Shown here piece by piece: positions 26,850 through 38,400 of a stretch of 64,000 nt of DNA. Under the pieces are notes generated by a model, which saw nothing but the letters and a program-made list of their open reading frames with translations, was not told where the DNA came from and ran no database searches. Source of the stretch: Anthoceros angustus (taxonomy: Eukaryota; Plantae; Anthocerotophyta); assembly GCA_010909165.1 (NCBI GenBank), contig VJWM01000203.1:248001-312000 (forward strand), read 5' to 3'. Within the stretch, counting starts at the first letter, position 1. The number at the start of each line of letters is the position of its first letter. The translations under genes and the position numbers were made by a program.

Positions 26850-27230
26850 TCTGCATGGACAAATGAAGGAAGAAGGCCTTATTTTGGCTGACCATGCTAC
26901 TTTTGCTTGCCTTCCCAAGGCCTGTACAACCACGTGTGCCTTACAGAAGGGGAGACAGCTGCATTGACTGCTTGTTGAAAAAGGGGTGCTGGATGACGGA
27001 GGTGTGGGGACCTGCATGGTGGTCATGTGATGAAATGGGGGATGGACGCCAAGGTTTTCACAAGGTCGCCATCACTTCGGTTCCATGGCTAAACAGCATG
27101 ACACTCTTGTACTACCTACCCTTGAGCATTACAATTGCATGATTGATCTTCTTGGGCGTGAAGCCTATCTACATGGGGCAGAGAAGATGCTACTGTCATG
27201 GAAAGGGCTAAAGTAATGTTGTGGGCTTTG
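26850..27230 (+). pseudogene. Degenerate PPR fragment
   Basis: GQMKEEGLILADHATFACLPKAC..ALQKGRQLH* and PTLEHYNCMIDLLGRE..L.GAEKML. A partial copy lies at ~56495-56620. Confidence 0.65.
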
Positions 27231-27489
27231 TAATCTTTGTAACAATGCTTTCAAAACACCATATCGCCCCTCTCTGTATCCCCGTGACTTTTGCAGGCAA
27301 GGTTAGAGCCCCGTGAGGGTTATGTTGTGGTGGCAATTGCCTGGTGGGGATGACTGCAAAATTTGGTATACAGACCAAGATTTGTCCTCTTCCCGCCCCA
27401 CACACCGCTTATTAAGAAACGCGCCGCAGAGCACCCGATGTAGCAGACCAGATCGTGCCCTAATCTTCCTCAGCTTCCCGCAACAAAAT

Positions 27490-27860
27490 ATGGCGGGGCA
27501 AGTCAGATCGTGCGTTCTAGCAGCGGCGGGGGCTCTTCTCCTGGCCTCCCTCGCCTGCACCGTAGCCTACATGCCGGCGGACCAGGGGCTGGACCAATGG
27601 TACGCGCCCGCGGATTGGGAGGGGATGTGCATGGGCCAAACCATCCAAGCTGCTCCATGTGGATTTCCCGACGTCCCGAGGTACGCGGCATACTGGACGA
27701 ACGAAGGCAACCTGGTGCTGGCCAGAGGGAATGCATTGTACTAGTCCACGCGCACCGGCGATGGCGATCGAAGTAACAGGACGGATTGCTACCTGCTCAT
27801 GCCGCGAGATGGCAACCTGGTGAGTTACAACGATTGGGCCAACCCGATCTGGGCCGACCC
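27490..27860 (+). pseudogene. Secreted bulb-type (GNA/B-) lectin-like gene with a TGG>TAG nonsense change
   Basis: Signal-peptide-like MAGQVRSCVLAAAGALLLASLACTVA, then AYWTNEGNLVLARGNALY*STRT and CYLLMPRDGNLVSYNDWANPIWA (B-lectin-like DGNLV..Y...WA). Confidence 0.7.
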
Positions 27861-27932
27861 TATCCGATTCCGTGTAGTTGGAGATAGATTATTTGTACAC
27901 TTTATAAAACTTGTACATTCGAATGGCATCCA

Positions 27933-27956
27933 GTCAGGATGGCCGAGTGGTCTAAG
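27933..27956 (+). pseudogene. 5' fragment of tRNA-Leu (acceptor 5' strand + D arm)
   Basis: gtcaggatggccgagtggtctaag followed by unrelated sequence. Paralog of 57068-57150. Confidence 0.6.
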
Positions 27957-28054
27957 AGGAGCGGAGCGTGCGGTGCGGAGCGGTGCGTCCGCTACGCGGG
28001 AGCGGAGCGTGTGGAGGTTCGGTCGGGGCCTTCTGGTTTTCAGGCGGTTCCATG

Positions 28055-29200
28055 CACTACAAGGAGGGGCTACCTTTTACAAATGGGTCTAAGTTTAGTT
28101 AGAGGAAACTACAACACTCTTACTACAGCTCAAAGCCCTGTTGTAAGTTTTTGAACATTTACAACAAGGGTTCCTAACTAATATGATGTGGCATGGATTT
28201 TACAACGGGATTTGTTGACATGGCATGTTGACAAATTTTACAACGGGATTTGTTGACATGGCATGTTGACACAAATTTTACAACGGGGTTTGTTGACATG
28301 GCTTGCTCGTTGTACATGACGTTGTTAATTGTGCATAAACTCTTTTGATTTAGAAAACTATGGGGGTTATTTGTTAATAAAACTACATTTTGTTGAATTT
28401 ATAATGACGTGGCATAAAGGATGTTGTAAACGGTACTTGTAAAAGACGTTGTAAACCATGTTTGTTGTAGATGTGGTTGTAAATTGTGCAAGACTTGATT
28501 TTTGGAATAATACCATTTATTGGAATATCTATGAATAGATTTATTATTTGCTGATGTGGCAAGTTCGTTGCAAATGATGTTGTAAATATGTTTCTCTGGA
28601 TTTATGTTAGTTATGGGATTATCTTTTTTTTTGTATTTATCGACGTGTCACATGCATTGTAGCTATGGTTGTAAAATGCATGAAAACCATTTTATATAAA
28701 TATCTATAAATAAATTTATTATTTGCTGACATGGCAAGCTCATTGCAAATATCATTGTAAAATGGTTTCTCCAATTTATGTTATATTATTGGATTATTCA
28801 TTTATTGTATATTTACCGACGTGGCACATGCGTCGTAACTATGGTTGTAAAATGCACAAGCCAGCCAATATCCATGAATAAATATATTATTTGCTGATGT
28901 GGCATGTTTGTCAAATGCCGTTGTAAAATTTTGGAAGAGACCTTTTCCTTATTTATGTAATTTATGAGGTTATATATTAGTAAGATTGATGTGGCATGCC
29001 TTTTCCTTATTTATGTAATTTATGAGGTTATATATTAGTAAGATTGCGATGTGGCATGCTTGTCAAATGCCGTTGTAAATATGTGGAAGAGACCTTTTCT
29101 GATTTATGTCATTTATGAGGCTATATATTAGTGAAATTCGATGTGGCATGTTCATTGCAAATACATTGTAAAATGTTATACAAATTTATCGATTTATAAA
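28055..29200. repeat. Left subterminal repeat region of the CACTA element
   Basis: Recurrent ttttacaac/gttgtaaa and gatgtggcatg motifs; AT-rich. Confidence 0.8.
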
Positions 29201-31280
29201 TAGTGCCAGCATTGTAAAATGTCGGTGTAAGAATTTTCCTAGCCAAGTCAAAACGAGGCATGCATCTTGGCATACAGTCCACCGAAGCGCCCACAATCGT
29301 TATCCAAATGTCCTCTTTGCACAAGTGTGAGTGCCACCGCCTTCCAGAAGGCACCAATGCTTGCACATGCCTTCAAAAGGCAAGCAAAAGTAACCTCATC
29401 ACCACAAGCAGGCCCTCCTGCATTCGTCCATACAAAAATAGCGCCTCTTGACCAAGCCCTTTCATCCATACCCAAAGAATCGTGGCATTCCAAGTCACCA
29501 CATCCTTTGGGCTCAAGCATTCAAAAACTTGATGCGCATCTTCTACTTCGCCACACTTTGCCTACATGTCCACCGTGCAAGTGCCCACAAGTGTGTTATC
29601 TAGTCCTCTCTCCAACTGGTGGAGTGTACCGCCTTCCAGAAGGCACTTGCGTTTGCACAGCCTTGGAAGGCAAGCAAAGGTAACATGGTTGCCCACAATC
29701 GTGCCCTCCTTCTCCATTTGTCCATACAAAAATAGCGCCTCTTGGCCAAGCCCATGATTTGCATACCCAACTATCGTGGCCGTCCATGTCACGACATCCT
29801 TTCGCCTAACCTATCGAAAACCGTGTGTGTCTCTTCCGATTCACCACGGTTTGCGTACATGTCCACCGACAATAAACAAGTTCGGTGGAATGTCATGCAA
29901 CATATCATGCCGCACTTTTCTCGCTAGATTCCGTGTCCACAAATGCACAAGCTTGAAGGGCTGCTACAAAGATGTGGGCATCCGCCTTCACACCGAGCGA
30001 CACATCGCATAGTAAAGTTGTATCGCCTCATTAGGCTCCCCATGTGTAGCATGTGAGATTATATATTAGTAAGATTCGATGTGGCATGCTTGTCAAATGC
30101 CGTTGTAAATATGTGGAAGAGACCTTTTCTGATTTATGTCATTTATGAGGCTATATATTAGTGAAATTCGATGTGGCATGTTCATTGCAAATACATTGTA
30201 AAATGTTATACAAATTTATCGATTTATAAATAGTGCCAGCATTGTAAAATGTCGGTGTAAGAATTTTCCTAGCCAATGTCAAAACGAGGCATGCATCTTG
30301 GCATACAGTCCACCGAGCGCCCACAAGTCGTTATCCAAATGTCCTCTTTGCACAAGCTTGAAGGGCTGCTACAAAGATGTGGGCATCCGCCTTCAAGGCA
30401 CCAATGCTTGCACATGCCTTCAAAAGGCAAGCAAAAGTAACCTCATCGCCACAAGCAGGCCCTCCTGTTGCATTCGTCCATACAAAAATAGCCTCTTGAC
30501 CAAGCCCTTTCATCCATACCCAAAGAATCGTGGCATTCCAAGTCACCACATCCTTTGGGCTCAAGCATTCAAAAACTTGATGCGCATCTTCTACTTCGCC
30601 ACACTTTGCCTACATGTCCACCGGCAAGTGCCCACAAGTGTGTTATCTAGTCCTCTCTCCACAATGCAGTGCAGCCCTTAAGGCACTTGCGTTTGCACAG
30701 CCTTGGAAGGCAAGCAAAGGTAACATGGTTGCCCACAATCGTGCCCTCCTTCTCCATTTGTCCATACAAAAATAGCGCCTCTTGGCCAAGCCCATGATTT
30801 GCATACCCAACTATCAGGGCCGTCCATGTCACGACATCCTTTCTGCCTAACCTATCGAAAACCGTGTGTGCCTCTTCCAGTTCACCACAGTTTGCGTACA
30901 TGTCCACCAGACAGTTGGCAATAAACAAGTTCGGTGGAATGTCACTGTGCAACATATCATGCTGCACTTTTCTGCTAGATTCCAGGTCCACAGCAAATGC
31001 ACAAGCTTGAAGGGCTGCTACAAAGATGTGGGCATCCGCCTTCACACCAGAGCGACACATCGCATAGTAAAGTTGTATCGCCTCATTAGGCTCCCCATGT
31101 GTAGCATGTGCGGAGATTATTGAAAACCACATGAAGGGATTTGGTTTGCCCACCCTCCTGTAGCCTACCTCCAGATACATACATCTGCAAGATATGGTTC
31201 CCCAAGTATGTGATTGACTGCACCCAAGTTTGATGTGAGATCATGAACGCGTCATCCCACAACCATGTCCTTCTTATCTC
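29200..31280 (-). pseudogene. PPR gene fragments captured in the CACTA, partly tandem-duplicated
   Basis: YLGNHILQMYVSGGRLQE and KPNPFMWFSIISAHATHGEPNEAIQLY..GVKADAHIFVAALQAC..NLFIANCLVDMYANCGELEEA. Closely resembles gene E at 60266-60607. Confidence 0.85.
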
Positions 31281-31390
31281 GCACAAAGTTTTAGCACGAC
31301 ATATAAGATGGTGAGGAATAGAATAGTCTATCTACGCTAGATTTTCTGAGCTCCAACGGCCTCGAAGCTTTCCCTACTCACATAACGATG

Positions 31391-34300
31391 TGTCACGACT
31401 CCCATATCCAATCCGCACACCTCCTGTGCTCGCTTTGGGAGCTCGACTTGGAAGGAGAAGCACAATGACCCACTGCATATTCAAAGAAACAAGCTTCTCA
31501 TCCAACAAGTGGCTTGAACATGTTGTTTAACCCGAGGACCTCACCGGACTCCTTGCGAATGTTAGGCGAGCAAGAGCTCCTCTTACCTCGCCTAGTTTCC
31601 CACGCACAAGAGGGGAGTCCTAGGAAGTGGTGATGGGAGGACTGCTTGGTGTGGTCACACCGAGAAGCGGTGGCCGCTCAAGTCCGCTACGAGTCCGTAG
31701 TCCTATCTATTCAAATAGGTAGGACTCAAGTCCTTGGTCTTTGGGGTTTGGAAGAAGACTCAAGTCCTTGGTCTTGGGTTTCGGAAGGATGTTCCTTGGT
31801 CCTTGGGAAAAGTAGCAAGTAGATAGAAGCCTATTTCGAGTCCTTGGTCTTGGGTTTCGGAAGGATGTTCCTTGGTCCTTGGGAAAATGGTATGTAGATA
31901 GAAACCTAGTCCTTGGTCTTGGGTTTCGGAAGGATGTTCCTTGGTCCTTGGGAAAAGTAGCATGTAGATAGAAACCTATTTCGAGGGCCGAGGAAGGCAA
32001 CTTCCTTGAACCATGGGAATTCGTTTTCTAGATATTGCATGTAGGGCTATATATGCATGTTAGGTAGATGCAGGGGTAAAATTGGCCGACTCATCAAGGG
32101 CCTGGTCAGACATGTATAATCTCGCTACTCCATGGCCGGAGTAGTGAGTTCAACCTAGGCCGGGGTATACCGGTTGAAAATTTTATAGCAACTGCGAATC
32201 TAGGAATCCTAGTGTACTTCCTTTTGGATTGCACGCAATTCCAATGGAGATACACTAGGACAAGCTGATTGGTGCTACAAAGATGTGGGCATCCGCCTTC
32301 ACACCGAGCGACACATCGCATAGTAAAGTTGTATCGCCTCATTAGGCTCCCCATGTGTAGCATGTGCGGAGATTATTGAAAACCACATGAAGGGATTTGG
32401 TTTGCCCACCCTCCGTAGCCTACCTCCGGATACATACATCCGCAAGATATGGTTCCCCAAGTATGTGATTGACTCGTACCCAAGTTTGATGTGAGATCAT
32501 GAACGCGTCATCCCACAACCATGTCCTTCTTATCGCACAAAGTTTTAGCACGACATATAAGATGGTGAGGAATAGAATAGTCTATCTCGCTAGATTTTCT
32601 GAGCTCCAACGGCCTCGAAGCTTTCCCTACTCACATAACGTCGATGTCACGACTCCCATATCCAATCCGGCACACCTCCTGTGCTCGCTTTTCTTGGGAG
32701 CTCGACTTGGAAGGAGAAGCACAATGACCCACTGCATATTCAAAGAAACAAGCTTCTCATCCAACAAGTGGCTTGAACATGTTGTTTAACCCGAGGACCT
32801 CACCGGACTCCTTGCACGAATGTTAGGCGAGCAAGAGCTCCTCTTACCTCGCCTAGTTTCCCACGCACAAGAGGGGAGTCCTAGGAAGTGGTGATGGGAG
32901 GACGGTTACTTGGTGTGGTCACACCGAGAAGCGGTGGCCGCTCAAGTCCGCTACGAGTCCGTAGTCCTATCTATTCAAATAGGTAGGACTCAAGTCCTTG
33001 GTCTTTGGGGTTTGAAGAAAGCAGACTCAAGTCCTTGGTCTTGAGGTTTGAATGATGTTCCTTGGTCCTTGGGAAAGTAGCAAGTAGATAGAAGCCTATT
33101 TCGAGTCCTTGGTCTTGGGTTTCGGAAGGATGTTCCTTGGTCCTTGGGAAAATGGTATGTAGATAGAAACCTAGTCCTTGGTCTTGAGGTTTCGGAAGGA
33201 TGTTCCTTGGTCCTTGGGAAAAGTAGCATGTAGATAGAAACCTATTTCGAGGGCCGAGGAAGGCAACTTCCTTGAACCATGGGAATTCCGTTTTCTAGAT
33301 ATTGCATGTAGGGCTATATATGCATGTTAGGTAGAGGGGTAAAATTGGCCGACTCATCAAGGGCCTGGTCAGACATGTATACAATCTCGCTACTCCATGG
33401 AGTAGTGAGTTCAACCTAGGCCGGGGTATACCGGTTGAAAATTTTATAGCAACTGCGAATCTAGGAATCCTAGTGTACTTCCTTTTGGATTGCTTCAATT
33501 CCAATGGAGATACACTAGGACAAGCTGATTGGCGAGCTACATATAAAGATTTGTAATACAATGATATGCGAGTTCTTGCATATTAGCACAAAGTCGCCTA
33601 ATGAAATGGCCAATCCAGAGCGCCAGAAGGGCGCCTCGCCTAGTTTCCCACGCACAAGAGGGGAGTCCTAGGAAGTGGTGATGGGAGGACGGTTACTTGG
33701 TGTGGTCACACCGAGAAGCGGTGGCCAAGTCCGCTACGAGTCCGTAGTCCTATCTATTCAAATAGGTAGGACTCAAGTCCTTGGTCTTTGGGGTTTGGAA
33801 GAAGCAGACTCAAGTCCTTGGTCTTCGGAATGATGTTCCTTGGTCCTTGGGAAAGTAGCAAGTAGATAGAAGCCTATTTCGAGTCCTTGGTCTTGGGTTC
33901 GGAAGGATGTTCCTTGGTCCTTGGGAAAATGGTATGTAGATAGAAACCTAGTCCTTGGTCTTGGGGTTTCGGAAGGATGTTCCTTGGTCCTTGGGAAAAG
34001 TAGCATGTAGATAGAAACCTATTTCGAGGGCCGAGGAAGGCAACTTCCTTGAACCATGGGAATTCGTTTTCTAGATATTGCATGTAGGGCTATATATGCA
34101 TGTTAGGTAGATGCAGGGGTAAAATTGGCCGACTCATCAAGGGCGGCCAGACAATATAATCTCGCTACTCCATGGCCGGAGTAGTGAGTTCAACCTAGGC
34201 CGGGGTATACCGGTTGAAAATTTTATAGCAACTGCGAATCTAGGAATCCTAGTGTACTTCCTTTGGATTGCGCCTTCGCAATTCCAATGGAGATACACTA

Positions 34301-34548
34301 GGACAAGCTGATTGGTGCTACATATAAAGATTTGTAATACAATGATATGCGAGTTCTTGCATATTAGCACAAAGTCGCCTAATGAAATGGCCAATCCAGA
34401 GCGCCAGAAGGGCGCCTCGCCTACCGAGCTAATTTCTAATAGACGCAATAGGTATAGAGTTTCGATAGGCCTTCACTTGCGATAATCTACATAGTATGCC
34501 GAATTGAAAAACCCTGAGGGATTTCACGAAGCATGGTTAGTCGTAACA
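31391..34548. mobile_element. Solo-LTR-like segment (~1.1 kb de-duplicated) expanded by tandem duplications
   Basis: Starts TGTCACGAC (31391 and 32645) and ends GTCGTAACA (34548), an 8/9 inverted match. Internal gtccttggtcttggg..ggaaggatgttccttg repeats. TSD not exact; no PBS seen. Confidence 0.4.
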
Positions 34549-35499
34549 TCCGAAATGTAGAGGCATGTTGAAATGTTGAAATGTCAGATCCGGAAGAGGT
34601 TGAAGGACCAGATGTGACGAAATGTCATTAGTGTAATGGCGGCATTGAGGTGATTCCACCGAAAAACACATAGGAGTATTTAGATCCTTAGTCGCTAAGG
34701 TTGAAGGATCCTCCGGTGACCTTCGAGTGAAGAGGAGCTCACACTTTGACTCCTCATCTCACTTCAATCTTGATCTCACTTCCGAGCTCAAACAGATCCC
34801 AAACGAAGGTTGAAACAACCGGAGTATGTGCCTACACAAGAAAACCCTGCAGATATATTAACGAAAGCTCTTTCAAAAGAGCCGCACGAGAAGCATGTTC
34901 GAGGTCCGGGGTTAGGAGAGTCCGGAACTTTCCTATCTAACCCCAACTAGCCTACATGCCTGCTACCTAATCCCACTCATTCGGGTCTCCCTGAGGACTC
35001 TTCCTTTGGATTCTCCGAGTCGGAGGGAGCTGGAGGCCTCGTAGCATCGAGTCCTCACGCATGTAATCTTCGGAGGAACAAGATCCTCCTCAATCCTCAA
35101 GAGATCCTGCAGTCAAGACACAAAGCAATTAGATAGCTTTAGAGCGAGTGGGAGTAGGAGCAGATGAAGCAAAACCCAGTCACTTCATGGCGGCTTACAA
35201 CATGACCAGAGCAGTGTAACACGCACTCGATCCGCTTCATGACCGAGGGGAAGTGTAACTGCACTCGATCCGTTTCATGACCGACCGGTATGCTTGCATC
35301 GATACAGATAGGAGAGCGAGGCTGCATGCTGCCTAGGCTCACAATTTCACATCCTTATCGGGGTTACCTCGAGGGAAATTGAGGCCGTGAGGGCCTCACC
35401 TCCCTCCGTCAGACATAGCCCTGTGGTCAGGCCCCGAGCTCCCTCTTGCGCAGGGCGAGGGGCACGCGTGGGAGAAATTGTGGAAGCTAAGCGCAATGG

Positions 35500-38400
35500 A
35501 GGACCTCCCATGTCCTCCCGATTATGGCCTCGCGCCTAGTCCTCGACTGCCGCGTGCGAGGCGCTCCCGTTTCTTGGTCGGCTCGAGCTTCAGCAGCAGT
35601 GCCGGTGGTCCCTTGCAGCAGCAGAGGAGGTTGTCCTAGCCGCCTTGCTTGCCGCAGCGCCTAGGGAGTCTCTGGCCGGGCGGGGTTCGCATCCTTAGAG
35701 GAGGACGACATCTCGATCGTTACGCTCCACAACCCCTTCTCCAATTGCAGGCGTGAAGATGAAGAAGAGGAATATAACGCACTGGTGAGGACTGGTTTCT
35801 CACCGCACGCTCGAATATATACCGGAGGAGCGAAGCATTAACGCAATGCATCTGCAGCTTTCACCCGACTCCATCCTACAAGGACTGGAGATGATCCGGT
35901 TGTTGGAGCATCACTTTCCAAAATGATCAACAAGTGGGAGTGAAGAGTTATACCCAAACACACCTCCGTCCGATCACCTCCTCCCGCTTCTCTCCGACGG
36001 TCACCTCCTCCTCAAGACAAAGCATTCAATTGGGCTTTGCAATGGACCGTGTTTTACAACACGGTCCGCTGTAAAAGCCCAATTGTACGTTGTAAAATGT
36101 TTGAGACGGCCAGATCGCCTCTCATGTTTTACAACATACGCATAACCTAATCTAATTTACAACACGATCCATTGCAAACCCTTTACATTGTAAAGCGTTT
36201 AAGAGAGGCCAAGATAGGCCTCCCACAACTTTACAACATAGTCTAATTTACAACACGATCCATTGCAAAGCGCACTTGTATGTTGTAAAATGTATGACAA
36301 GGCCGAGAGGCCTCGCGCCTAGTCCTCGACCACAGCCGAGGGCGCTCCCGTTTCTTGGTCGGCTCAGCTTCCGCAGCGGTCGGTGGTCCCTTGCGGCAGA
36401 GGAGGTTGTCCTAGCCGCCTTGCTTGCCGCAGCGCCTAGGGAGTCTCTTGGTGGCGGGGTTCGCATCCTTAGAGGAGGACGACATCTCGATCGTTACGCT
36501 CCACAACCCCTTCTCCAATTGCAGGCGTGAAGATGAAGAAGAGGAATATAACGCACTGGTGAGGACTGGTTTCTCACCGCACGCTCGAATATATACCGGA
36601 GGAGCGAAGCATTAACGCAATGCATCTGCAGCTTTCACCCGACTCCATCCTACAAGGACTGGAGATGATCCGGTTGTTGGAGCATCACTTTCCAAAATGA
36701 TCAACAAGTGGGAGTGAAGAGTTATACCCAAACACACCTCCGTCCGATCACCTCCTCCCGCTTCTCTCCGACGGTCACCTCCTCCTCAAGACAAAGCATT
36801 CAATTGGGCTTTGCAATGGACCGTGTTTTACAACACGGTCCGCTGTAAAAGCCCAATTGTACGTTGTAAAATGTTTGAGACGGCCAGATCGCCTCTCATG
36901 TTTTACAACATACGCATAACCTAATCTAATTTACAACACGATCCATTGCAAACCCTTTACATTGTAAAGCGTTTAAGAGAGGCCAAGATAGGCCTCCCAC
37001 AACTTTACAACATAGTCTAATTTACAACACGATCCATTGCAAAGCGCACTTGTATGTTGTAAAATGTATGACAAGGCCGAGAGGCCTCGCGCCTAGTCCT
37101 CGACCACAGCCGAGGGCGCTCCGTTTCTTGGTCGGCTCAGCTTCCGCAGCGGTCGGTGGTCCCTTGCAGCAGAGGAGGTTGTCCTAGCCGCCTTGCTTGC
37201 CGCAGCGCCTAGGGAGTCTCTTGGTGGCGGGGTTCGCATCCTTAGAGGAGGACGACATCTCGATCGTTACGCTCCACAACCCCTTCTCCAATTGCAGGCG
37301 TGAAGATGAAGAAGAGGAATATAACGCACTGGTGAGGACTGGTTTCTCACCGCACGCTCGAATATATACCGGGCGAGGAGCTGGGGCGAACGCAACGCAA
37401 TGCATCTGCAGCTTTCACCCGACTCCATCCTACAAGGACTGGAGATGATCCGTTGTTGGAGCATCACTTTCCAAAATGATCAACAAGTGGGAGTGAAGAG
37501 TTATACCCAAACACACCTCCGTCCGATCATCACCTCCTCCCTCCGACGGTCACCTCCTCAAGACAAAGCATTCAATTGGGCTTTGCAATGGACCGTGTTT
37601 TACAACACGGTCCGCTGTAAAAGCCCAATTGTACGTTGTAAAATGTTTGAGACGGCCAGATCGTGCCTCTCTCATGTTTTACAACATACGCATAACCTAA
37701 TCTAATTTACAACACGATCCATTGCAAACCACGACATTGTAAAGCGTTTAAGAGAGGCCAAGATAGGCCTCCCACAACTTTACAACATAGTCTAATTTAC
37801 AACACGATCCATTGCAAAGCGCACTTGTATGTTGTAAAATGTATGACAAGGCCGAGATCGCCTCCGCACGCTTTACACCAAATTCACAACGTAGTCTCAT
37901 GTACAAAGTCCATTGCAAAGCGATCTTGCACGCTGTATACGCCTCGGGCTTCGGTGCCATTGCGGCTTGGGTATTCTACCGATCTCGCCCATCGCCAAGT
38001 CCACAAGGGGCTACCACATCGCTCACGTCCATCGAACATAGTCATGATCCATCAGGCTGTCGACTATGTTAGTTTTTGCTTTGAGGCAAAAGAGTAACAT
38101 GGTCGCCTTCATCACATATAGATTACATGTGCCCTGTGTCGCCACATGATGCATGCACTCGATCCGGTGATGCATCGAAAACATTTGGAAGCATATGTGC
38201 CGTAATGAAGCTCTCCTAAAAAACATAGCATGAGTGCAAGGAAACGGCAGAGGAAGTGGTGGCCACAAGACGACCTTGCTAATTGTCCATCCGAGTTGCG
38301 AACAAAGTGCTCACCTCATGTCTCCCATGTTTCAGCCTCTTGTCCAGGAGTTGAACTCGCTTGTTGTGAATGATGGGTCATGGTGGGTCATGGTGCCTCA

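Larger units (their letters stand above)
23404..26943. repeat. Tandem duplication, ~1.77-kb unit
   Basis: atgaagggaagggaagcgcagg occurs at 23404 and 25176. The copies differ mainly by small indels. Junction microhomology GAAGGG. Confidence 0.92.

Noticed and set aside
31707-34083. ORFs with repeated FPRTKEHPS/PRPRT peptides
   Set aside because: They are translations of short tandem DNA repeats with no conserved frame between copies.
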